This document shows positions 50,101 to 63,790 of a DNA stretch of 64,000 nt, piece by piece. Source of the DNA: the human T2T-CHM13v2.0 reference genome, Homo sapiens. The DNA is taken from assembly GCF_009914755.1 (NCBI RefSeq), contig NC_060937.1; one strand, given 5' to 3'. Numbering within the stretch: the stretch's first letter is position 1; each line of letters starts with the position of its first letter. The notes beneath the pieces were generated by a model. The model saw nothing but the letters and a program-made list of their open reading frames with translations, was not told the origin of the DNA and searched no databases. Both the position numbers and the translations under genes were made by a program.

Positions 50101-50349
50101 AATATCAAAGTACCCAAACTATACATTATATAGTGTACATAAAATATGAAATTACATCAAATATATATTATATTAGGTACATAAAATATGAAAGTACATC
50201 AAATATAGATTATATACTGTACATAAAATATCAAAGTACCCCAAATATATATTATATACTCTACATGAAATATCAAAGTTCACAAGCTATATATTATATA
50301 CTGTACATAAAATATCAAAGTACCTAAGGTGTATATTCTATACTGCACA

Positions 50350-53300
50350 AAAAATATCAAAGTACCCAAAGCATGTATTATATACTGTACATAAAATATG
50401 AAAGTACATCGAATATATATTTTATTCTGTACATAAAATATCAAAGTACACCAGATATATATTCTATAGTGTACATAAAATATCAAAGTACCGAAACTAT
50501 ACATTATATTCTGTACATAAAATATGAAATTACATCAAATATATATTAGGTACATAAAATATGAAAGTACATCAAAGATAGATTATATACTGTACATAAA
50601 ATATCAAAGTACCCCAAATATATATTATATACTCTACATGAAATATCAAAGTTCACAAACTATATATTATATACTGTACATAAAATATGAAATTACATCA
50701 AATATATTTTATATTAGGTACATAAAATATGAAAGTACATCAAATATAGATTATATACTTTACATTAAATACCAAAGTACCCCAAATATATATTTTGTAC
50801 TGTATATGAAATATCAAAGTTCACAAACTATATATTATATACTGTACATATAATATCAAAGTACCCAAGGTATATATTCTATACTGTACAAAAAATAACA
50901 AAGTACCAAAAGCATGTATTATATACTGTACCTAAAATATGAAAGTACATCAAATATACATTTTATTCTGTACATAAAATATCAAAGTACACCAGATATA
51001 TATTCTATAGTGTACATAAAATATCAAAGTACCCAAACTATACATTATATACTGTACATAAAATATGAAATTACATCAAATATATTTTATATTAGGTACA
51101 TAAAATATGAAAGTACATCAAATATAGATTATATACTGTACATTAAATACCAAAGTACCCCAAATATATATTTTATACTGTATATGAAATATCAAAGTTC
51201 ACAAACTATATATTATGTACTGTACATAAAATATCAAAGTACCCAAGTTATATATTCTATACTGTACAAAAAATATCAAAGTACCCAAAGCATGTATTAT
51301 ATACTGTACCTAAAATATGAAAGTACATCAAATATATATTTTATTCTGTACATAAAATATCAAAGTACAGCAGATATATATTCTATAGAGTACATAAAAT
51401 ATCAAAGTACCCAAACTATACATTATATACTGTACATAAAATATGAAATTACATCAAATATATATTATATTAGGTACATAAAATATGAAAGTACATCAAA
51501 TATAGATTATATACTGTACATAAAATATCAAAGTACCCCAAATATATATTATATACTCTACATGAAATATCAAAGTTCACAAGCTATATATTATATACTG
51601 TACATAAAATATCAAAGTACCCAAGGTATATATTCTATACTGCACAAAAAATATCAAAGTACCCAAAGCATGTATTATATACTGTACATAAAATATGAAA
51701 GTACATCGAATATATATTTTATTCTGTACATAAAATATCAAAGTACACCAGATATATATTCTATAGTGTACATAAAATATCAAAGTACACAAAGTATAAA
51801 TTATATACTGTACATAAAATATGAAATTACATCAAATATATATTAGGTACATAAAATATGAAAGTACATCAAATATAGATTATATACTGTACATATAATA
51901 TCAATGTACCCGAAATATATATTTTATACTCTACATGAAATATCAAAGTTCACAAACCATATATGATATACTGTACATAAAATATCAAAGTACCCAAGGT
52001 ATATATTCTATACTGTACAAAAAATATCAAAGTACCCAAAGCATGTATTATATACTGTACATAAAATATGAAAGTACATCGAATATATATTTTATTCTGT
52101 ACATAAAATATCAAAGTACACCAGATATATATTCTATAGTGTACATAAAATATCAAAGTACCGAAACTATACATTATATTCTGTACATAAAATATGAAAT
52201 TACATCAAATATATATTAGGTACATAAAATATGAAAGTACATCAAAGATAGATTATATACTGTACATAAAATATCAAAGTACCCCAAATATATATTATAT
52301 ACTCTACATGAAATATCAAAGTTCACAAACTATATATTATATACTGTACATAAAATATGAAATTACATCAAATATATTTTATATTAGGTACATAAAATAT
52401 GAAAGTACATCAAATATAGATTATATACTTTACATTAAATACCAAAGTACCCCAAATATATATTTTGTACTGTATATGAAATATCAAAGTTCACAAACTA
52501 TATATTATATACTGTACATATAATATCAAAGTACCCAAGGTATATATTCTATACTGTACAAAAAATAACAAAGTACCAAAAGCATGTATTATATACTGTA
52601 CCTAAAATATGAAAGTACATCAAATATACATTTTATTCTGTACATAAAATATCAAAGTACACCAGATATATATTCTATAGTGTACATAAAATATCAAAGT
52701 ACCCAAACTATACATTATATACTGTACATAAAATATGAAATTACATCAAATATATTTTATATTAGGTACATAAAATATGAAAGTACATCAAATATAGATT
52801 ATATACTGTACATTAAATACCAAAGTACCCCAAATATATATTTTATACTGTATATGAAATATCAAAGTTCACAAACTATATATTATGTACTGTACATAAA
52901 ATATCAAAGTACCCAAGTTATATATTCTATACTGTACAAAAAATATCAAAGTACCCAAAGCATGTATTATATACTGTACCTAAAATATGAAAGTACATCA
53001 AATATATATTTTATTCTGTACATAAAATATCAAAGTACAGCAGATATATATTCTATAGTGTACATAAAATATCAAAGTACCCAAACTATACATTATATAC
53101 TGTACATAAAATATGAAATTACATCAAATATATATTATATTAGGTACATAAAATATGAAAGTACATCAAATATAGATTATATACTGTACATAAAATATCA
53201 AAGTACCCCAAATATATATTATATACTCTACATGAAATATCAAAGTTCACAAGCTATATATTATATACTGTACATAAAATATCAAAGTACCCAAGGTATA

Positions 53301-53743
53301 TATTCTATACTGCACAAAAAATATCAAAGTACCCAAAGCATGTATTATATACTGTACATAAAATATGAAAGTACATCGAATATATATTTTATTCTGTACA
53401 TAAAATATCAAAGTACACCAGATATATATTCTATAGTGTACATAAAATATCAAAGTACACAAAGTATAAATTATATACTGTACATAAAATATGAAATTAC
53501 ATCAAATATATATTAGGTACATAAAATATGAAAGTACATCAAATATAGATTATATACTGTACATATAATATCAATGTACCCGAAATATATATTTTATACT
53601 CTACATGAAATATCAAAGTTCACAAACCATATATGATATACTGTACATAAAATATCAAAGTACCCAAGGTATATATTCTATACTGTACAAAAAATATCAA
53701 AGTACCCAAAGCATGTATTATATACTGTACATAAAATATGAAA
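50350..53743 (+). repeat. Recent 1670-bp tandem duplication (40 monomers: 2x378 + 2x373 + 168)
   Basis: ORF pairs 50524/52194, 50914/52584 and 51935/53605 are all offset by 1670. Shared private variants include CATCAAAGATAG, TATTTTGTAC, GTACAGCAG and ATATGATATA. Confidence 0.93.
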
Positions 53744-56039
53744 TTACATCAAATATATATTTTATTCTGTACATAAAATATCAAAGTACACCAGATATAT
53801 ATTCTATAGTGTACATAAAATATCAAAGTACCCAAAGTATACATTATATACTGTACATAAAATATGAAATTATATCAAATATATATTATATTAGGTACAT
53901 AAAATATGAAAGTACATCAAATATAGATTATATACTGTACATTAAATACCAAAGTACCCCAAATATATTTTTTATACTGTACATGAAATATCAAAGTTCA
54001 CACACTATATATTATATACTGTACATAAAATATCAAAGTACCCAACTTATATATTCTATACTGTACAAAAAACATCAAAGTACCCAAAGCATGTATTATA
54101 TACTGTACATAAAATATGAAAGTACATCAAATATATATTTTATTCTGTACATAATATATCAAAGTACACCAGATATATATTCTATAGTGTACATAAAATA
54201 ACAAAGTACAAAAACTATAAATTCTATACTGTACATAAAATATGAAATTACATCAAATACATATTAGGTACATAAAATATGAAAGTACATCAAATATAGA
54301 TTATATACTGTACACAAAATATCAAAGTACCCCAAATATATATTATATACTCTACATGAAATATCAAAGTTCACAAACTATATATTATATACTGTACATA
54401 AAATATCAAAGTACCCAAGGTATATATTCTATACTGTACAAAAAATATCAAAGTACCCAAAGCATGTATTATATACTGTACCAAAAATATGAAAGTACAT
54501 CAAATATATATTTTATTCTGTACATAAAATATCAAAGTACACCAGATATATATTCTATAGTGTACATAAAATATCAAAGTACCCAAACTATACATTATAT
54601 ACTGTACATAAAATATGAAATTACATCAAATATATATTATATTAGGTACATAAAATATGAAAGTACATCAAATATAGATTATATACTGTACATAAAATAT
54701 CAAAGTACCCCAAATATATATTATATACTCTACATGAAATATCAAAGTTCACAAGCTATATATTATATACTGTACATAAAATATCAAAGTACCCAAGGTA
54801 TATATTCTATACTGCACAAAAAATATCAAAGTACCCAAAGCATGTATTATATACTGTACATAAAATATGAAAGTACATCGAATATATATTTTATTCTGTA
54901 CATAAAATATCAAAGTACACAAGATATATATTCTATAGTGTTCATAAAATATCAAAGTACCCAAACTATACATTATATTCTGTACATAAAATATGAAATT
55001 ACATCAAATATATATTAGGTACATAAAATATGAAAGTACATCAAATATAGATTATATACTGTACATAAAATATCAAAGTACCCCAAATATATATTATATA
55101 CTCTACATGAAATATCAAAGTTCACAAACTATATATTATATACTGTACATAAAATATGAACTTACATCAAATATATTTTATATTAGGTACATAAAATATG
55201 AAACTACATCAAATGTAGATTATATACTTTACATTAAATACCAAAGTACCCCAAATATATATTTTATACAGTACATGAAATATCAAAGTTCACAAACTAT
55301 ATATTATATACTGTACATATAATATCAAAGTACCCAAGGTATATATTCTATACTGTACAAAAAATAACAAAGTACCAAAAGCATGTATTATATACTGTAC
55401 CTAAAATATGAAAGTACATCAAATATATATTTTATTCTGTACATAAAATATCAAAGTACACCTGTTATATATTCTATAGTGTACATAAAATATCAAAGTA
55501 CCCAAACTATACATTACATACTGTACATAAAATATGAAATTACATCAAATATATATTATATTAGGTACATAAAATATGAAAGTACATCAAATATAGACTA
55601 TATACTGCACATAAAATATCAAAGTACCCCAAATATATATTATATACTCTACATGAAATATCAAAGTTCACAAGCTATATATTATATACTGTACATAAAA
55701 TATCAAAGTACCCAAGGTATATATTCTATACTGCACAAAATATATCAAAGTACCCAAAGCATGTATTATATACTGTACATAAAATATGAAAGTACATCGA
55801 ATATATATTTTATTCTGTACATAAAATATCAAAGTATACCAGATATATATTCTATAGTGTAGATAAAATATCAAAGTACCCAAACTATACATTATATTCT
55901 GTACATAAAATATGAAATTACATCAAATATATATTAGGTACATAAAATATGAAAGTACATCAAATATAGATTATATACTGTACATAAAATATCAAAGTAC
56001 CCCAAATATATATTATATACTCTACATGAAATATCAAAG

Positions 56040-59000
56040 TTCACAAACTATATATTATATACTGTACATAAAATATCAAAGTACCCAAGGTATATATTCT
56101 ATACTGTACAAAAAATATCAAAGTACCCAAAGCATGTATTATATACTGTATATAAAATATGAAACTACATCAAATATATATTTTATTCTCTACATAAAAT
56201 ATCAAAGTACACCAGATATATATTCTATAGTGTACATAAAATATCAAAGTACCCAAACTATTTATTATATACTGTACATCAAATATGAAATTACATCAAA
56301 TATATATTATATTAGGTACATAAAATATGAAAGTACATCAAATATAGATTATATGCTGTACATTAAATACCAAAGTACCCCAAATATATATTTTATACTA
56401 TACATGAAATATCAAAGTTCACAAACTATATATTATATACTGTACATAAAATATCAAAGTACCCTAGGTATATATTCTATACTGTACCAAAAATATCAAA
56501 GTACCCAAAGCACGTATTATATACTGTACATAAAATATGAAAGTACATCAAATATATATTTTATTCTGTACATAAAATATCAAAGTACACCAGATATATA
56601 TTATATAGTGTACATAAAATATCAAAGTACACAAACTATACATTATATACTGTACATAAAATATGAAATTACATCAAATCTATATTAGGTACATAAAATA
56701 TGAAAGTACATCAAATATAGATTATATACTGTACATAAAATATCAAAGTACCCCAAATATATATTATATACTCTACATGAAATATCAAAGTTCACAAACT
56801 ATATATTATATACTGTACATAAAATATCAAAGTACCCAAGGTATATATTCTATACTGTACAAAAAATATCAAAGTACCCAAAGCATGTATTATATACTGT
56901 ATATAAAATATGAAAGTACTTTAAATATATATTTTATTCTGTACATAAAATATCAAAGTACACCAGATATATATTCTAGAGTGTACATAAAATTACAAAG
57001 TACACAAACTATAAATTATATACTGTACATAAAATATGAAATTACATCAAATATATATTAGGTACATAAAATATGAAAGTACATCAAATATAGATTATAT
57101 ACTGTACATAAAATATCAAAGTACCCCAAATATATATTATATACTCTACATGAAATATCAAAGTTCACAAACCATACATTATATACTGTACATAAAATAT
57201 CAAAGTACCCAATATATATATTCTATACTGTACAAAACATATCAAAGTACCCAAAGCATGTATTATATACTGTACATAAAATATGAAAGTACATCAAATA
57301 TATATTTTATTCTGTACATAAAATATCAAAGTACACCAGATATATATACTATAGTGTACATAAAATATCATAGTACCCAAACTATACATTATATACTGTA
57401 CATAAAATATGAAATTACATCAAATATATATTATATTAGGTACATAAAATATGAAAGTACATCAAATATAGATTATATACTGTACATAAAATATCAAAGT
57501 ACCCCAAATATATATTATATACTCTACATGAAATATCAAAGTTCACAAACTATATATTATATACTGTACATAAAATATGAAATTACATCAAATATATTTT
57601 ATATTAGGTACATAAAATATGAAAGTACATCAAATATAGATTATATACTTTACATTAAATACCAAAGTACCACAAATATATATTTTATACTGTACAGGAA
57701 ATATCAAAGTTCACAAACTATATATTATATACTGTACATATAATATCAAAGTACCCAAGGTATATATTCTATACTGTACAAAAAATAACAAAGTACCAAA
57801 AGCATGTATTATATAGTGTACCTAAGATATGAAACTACATCAAATATATATTTTATTCTGTACATAAAATATCAAAGTACACCAGATATATATTCTATAG
57901 TGTACATAAAATATCAAAGTATCCAAACTATACATTATATACTGTACATAAAATATGAAATTACATCAAATATATATTATATTAGGTACATAAAATATGA
58001 AAGTACATCAAATATAGATTATATACTGTACATTAAATACCAAAGTACCCCAAATATATATTTTATACTGTACATGAAATATCAAAGTTCACAAACTATA
58101 TATTATATACTGTACATATAATATCAAAGTACCCAAAGTATATATTCTATACTGTACAAAAAATATCAAAGTACCAAAAGCATGTATTATATACTGTACA
58201 TAAAATATGAAAGTACATCAAATATATATTTTATTCTGTACATAAAATATCAAAGTACACCAGATATATATTCTATAGTGTACATAAAATATCAAAGTAC
58301 CCAAACTATACATTATATACTGTACATAAAATATGAAATTACATCAAATATATTTTATATTAGGTACATAAAATATGAAAGTACATCAAATATAGATTAT
58401 ATACTGTACATTAAATACCAAAGTACCCCAAATATATATTTTATACTGTACATGAAATATCAAAGTTCACAAACTATATATTATATACTGTACATAAAAT
58501 ATCAAAGTACCCAAGGTATATATTCTATACTGTACAAAAAATATCAAAGTACCCAAAGCATGTATTATATGCTGTTCATTAAATATGAAAGTACATCAAA
58601 TATATATTTTATTCTGTACATAATATATCAAAGTACACCAGATATATATTCTATAGTGTACATAAAATATCAAAGTACCCAAACTATACATTATATACTG
58701 TACATAAAATATGAGATTACATCAAATATATATTATGTTAGGTACATAAAATATGAAAGTACATCAAATATAGATTATATACTGTAGATAAAATATCAAA
58801 GTACCCCAAATATATATTATATACTCTACATGAAATATCAAAGTTCACAAACTATATATTATATACTGTACATAAAATATCAAAGTACCCAAGGTATATA
58901 TTCTATACTGTACAAAAAATATCAAAGTACCCAAAGCATGTATTATATACTGTATATAAAATATGAAAGTACATCAAATATATATTTTATTCTGTACATA

Positions 59001-62000
59001 AAATATCAAAGTACACCAGATATATATTCTATAGTGTACATAAAATAACAAAGTACACAAACTATAAATTATATACTGTACATAAAATATGAAATTACAT
59101 CAAATATATATTAGGTACATAAAATATGAAAGTACATCAAATATAGATTATATACTGAATATATAATATCAATGTACCCCAAATATATATTTTATACTCT
59201 ACATGAAATATCAAAGTTCAGAAAGCATACATTATATACTGTACATAAAATATCAAAGTACCCAAGGTATATATTCTATACTGTACAAAAAATATCAAAG
59301 TACCCAAAGCATGTATTATATACTGTACATAAAATATGAAAGTACATCAAATATATATTTTATTCTGAACATTAAATATCAAAGTACACCAGATATATAT
59401 TCTATAGTGTACATAAAATATCAAAGTACCCAAACTATACATTATATACTGTACATAAAATATGAAATTACATCAAATATATATTATATTAGGTACATAA
59501 AATATGAAAGTACATCAAATATAGATTATATACTGTACATTAAATACGAAAGTACCCCAAATATATATTTTATACTGTACATGAAATATCAAAGTTCACA
59601 AACTATATATTATATACTGTACATATAATATCAAAGTACCCAAAGTATATATTCTATACTGTACAAAAAATATCAAAGTACCAAAAGCATGTATTATATA
59701 CTGTACATAAAATATGAAAGTACATCAAATATATATTTTATTCTGTACATAAAATATCAAAGTACACCAGATATATATTCTATAGTGTACATAAAATATC
59801 AAAGTACCCAAACTATACATTATATACTGTACATAAAATATGAGATTACATCAAATATATATTATGTTAGGTACATAAAATATGAAAGTACATCCAATAT
59901 AGATTATATACTGTAGATAAAATATCAAAGTACCCCAAATATATATTATATACTCTACATGAAATATCAAAGTTCACAAACTATATATTATATACTGTAC
60001 ATAAAATATCAAAGTACCCAAGGTATATATTCTATACTGTACAAAAAATATCAAAGTACCCAAAGCATGTATTATATACTGTATATAAAATATGAAAGTA
60101 CATCAAATATATATTTTATTCTGTACATAAAATATCAAAGTACACCAGATATATATTCTATAGTGTACATAAAATAACAAAGTACACAAACTATAAATTA
60201 TATACTGTACATAAAATATGAAATTACATCAAATATATATTAGGTACATAAAATATGAAAGTACATCAAATATAGATTATATACTGAACATATAATATCA
60301 ATGTACCCCAAATATATATTTTATACTCTACATGAAATATCAAAGTTCAGAAACCATACATTATATACTGTACATAAAATATCAAAGTACCCAATGTATA
60401 TATTCTATACTGTACAAAAAATATCAAAGTACCCAAAGCATGTATTATATACTGTACATAAAATATGAAAGTACATCAAATATATATTTTATTCTGAACA
60501 TAAAATATCAAAGTACACCAGATATATATTCTATAGTGTACATAAAATATCAAAGTACCCAAACTATACATTATATACTGTACATAAAATATGAAATTAC
60601 ATCAAATATATATTATATTAGGTACATAAAATATGAAAGTACATCAAATATAGATTATATACTGTACATAAAATATCAAAGTACCCCAAATATATATTAT
60701 ATACTCTACATGAAATATCAAAGTTCACAAAGTATATATTATATACTGTACATAAAATATCAAAGTACCCAAGGTATATATTCTATACTGTACAAAAAAT
60801 ATCAAAGTACCCAAAGCATGTATTATATACTGTATATAAAATATGAAACTACATCAAATATATATTTTATTCTCTACATAAAATATCAAAGTACACCAGA
60901 TATATATTCTATAGTGTACATAAAATATCAAAGTACCCAAACTATTTATTATATACTGTACATAAAATATGAAATTACATCAAATATATATTATATTAGG
61001 TACATAAAATATGAAAGTACATGAAATATAGATTATATGCTGTACATTAAATACCAAAGTACCCCAAATATATATTTTATACTGTACATGAAATATCAAA
61101 GTTCACAAACTATATATTATATACTGTACATAAAATATCAAAGTACCCTAGGTATATATTCTATACTGTACCAAAAATATCAAAGTACCCAAAGCACGTA
61201 TTATATACTGTACATAAAATATGAAAGTACATCAAATATATATTTTATTCTGTACATAAAATATCAAAGTACACCAGATATATATTCTATAGTGTACATA
61301 AAATATCAAAGTACCCAAACTATACATTATATACTGTACATAAACTATGAAATTACATCAAATCTATATTAGGTACATAAAATATGAAAGTACATCAAAT
61401 ATAGATTATATACTGTACATAAAATATCAAAGTACCCCAAATATATATTATATACTCTACATGAAATATCAAAGTTCACAAACTATATATTATATACTGT
61501 ACATAAAATATCAAAGTACCCAAGGTATATATTCTATACTGTACAAAAAATATCAAAGTACCCAAAGCATGTATTATATACTGTATATAAAATATGAAAG
61601 TACTTTAAATATATATTTTATTCTGTACATAAAATATCAAAGTACACCAGATATATATTCTAGAGTGTACATAAAATTACAAAGTACACAAACTATAAAT
61701 TATATACTGTACATATAATATGAAATTACATCAAATATATATTAGGTACATAAAATATGAATGTACATCAAATATAGATTATATACTGTACATAAAATAT
61801 CAAGGTACCCCAAATATATATTATATACTCTACATGAAATATCAAAGTTCACAAACCATACATTATATACTGTACATAAAATATCAAAGTACCCAATATA
61901 TATATTCTATACTGTACAAAACATATCAAAGTACCCAAAGCATGTATTATATACTGTACATAAAATATGAAAGTACATCAAATATATATTTTATTCTGTA

Positions 62001-63790
62001 CATAAAATATCAAACTACACCAGATATATATACTATAGTGTACATAAAATATCATAGTACCCAAACTATACATTATATACTGTACATAAAATATGAAATT
62101 ACATCAAATATATATTATATTAGGTACATAAAATATGAAAGTACATCAAATATAGATTATATACTGTACATAAAATATCAAAGTACCCCAAATATATATT
62201 ATATACTCTACATGAAATATCAAAGTTCACAAACTATATATTATATACTGTACATAAAATATGAAATTACATCAAATATATTTTATATTAGGTACATAAA
62301 ATATGAAAGTACATCAAATATAGATTATATATTTTACATTAAATACCAAAGTACCACAAATATATATTTTATACTGTACAGGAAATATCAAAGTTCACAA
62401 ACTATATATTATATACTGTACATATAATATCAAAGTACCCAAGGTATATATTCTATACTGTACAAAAAATAACAAAGTACCAAAAGCATGTATTATATAG
62501 TGTAACTAAGATATGAAAGTACATCAAATATATATTTTATTCTGTACATAAAATATCAAAGTACACCAGATATATATTCTATAGTGTACATAAAATATCA
62601 AAGTACCCAAACTATACATTATATACTGTACATAAAATATGAAATTACATCAAATATATATTATATTAGGTACATAAAATATGAAAGTACATCAAATATA
62701 GATTATATACTGTACATTAAATACGAAAGTACCCCAAATATATATTTTATACTGTACATGAAATATCAAAGTTCACAAACTATATATTATATACTGTACA
62801 TATAATATCAAAGTACCCAAAGTATATATTCTATACTGTACAAAAAATATCAAAGTACCAAAAGCATGTATTATATACTGTACATAAAATATGAAAGTAC
62901 ATCAAATATATATTTTATTCTGTACATAAAATATCAAAGTACACCAGATATATATTCTATAGTGTACATAAAATATCAAAGTACCCAAACTATACATTAT
63001 ATACTGTACATAAAATATGAGATTACATCAAATATATATTATGTTAGGTACATAAAATATGAAAGTACATCCAATATAGATTATATACTGTAGATAAAAT
63101 ATCAAAGTACCCCAAATATATATTATATACTCTACATGAAATATCAAAGTTCACAAACTATATATTATATACTGTACATAAAATATCAAAGTACCCAAGG
63201 TATATATTCTATACTGTACAAAAAATATCAAAGTACCCAAAGCATGTATTATATACTGTATATAAAATATGAAAGTACATCAAATATATATTTTATTCTG
63301 TACATAAAATATCAAAGTACACCAGATATATATTCTATAGTGTACATAAAATAACAAAGTACACAAACTATAAATTATATACTGTACATAAAATATGAAA
63401 TTACATCAAATATATATTAGGTACATAAAATATGAAAGTACATCAAATATAGATTATATACTGAACATATAATATCAATGTACCCCAAATATATATTTTA
63501 TACTCTACATGAAATATCAAAGTTCAGAAACCATACATTATATACTGTACATAAAATATCAAAGTACCCAAGGTATATATTCTATACTGTACAAAAAATA
63601 TCAAAGTACCCAAAGCATGTATTATATACTGTACATAAAATATGAAAGTACATCAAATATATATTTTATTCTGAACATAAAATATCAAAGTACACCAGAT
63701 ATATATTCTATAGTGTACATAAAATATCAAAGTACCCAAACTATACATTATATACTGTACATAAAATATGAAATTACATCAAATATATAT
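56040..63790 (+). repeat. Mosaic multi-kb duplications (offsets 4684, 1129, 3177 bp)
   Basis: ORF pairs 56663/61347 and 57036/61720 (+4684), 58830/59959 (+1129), 59689/62866 and 59959/63136 (+3177). Shared variants include ACCCTAGG, TTCTAGAGTG, TACAGGAAAT, ATTATGTTAGG and CTGAACAT. Confidence 0.88.
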
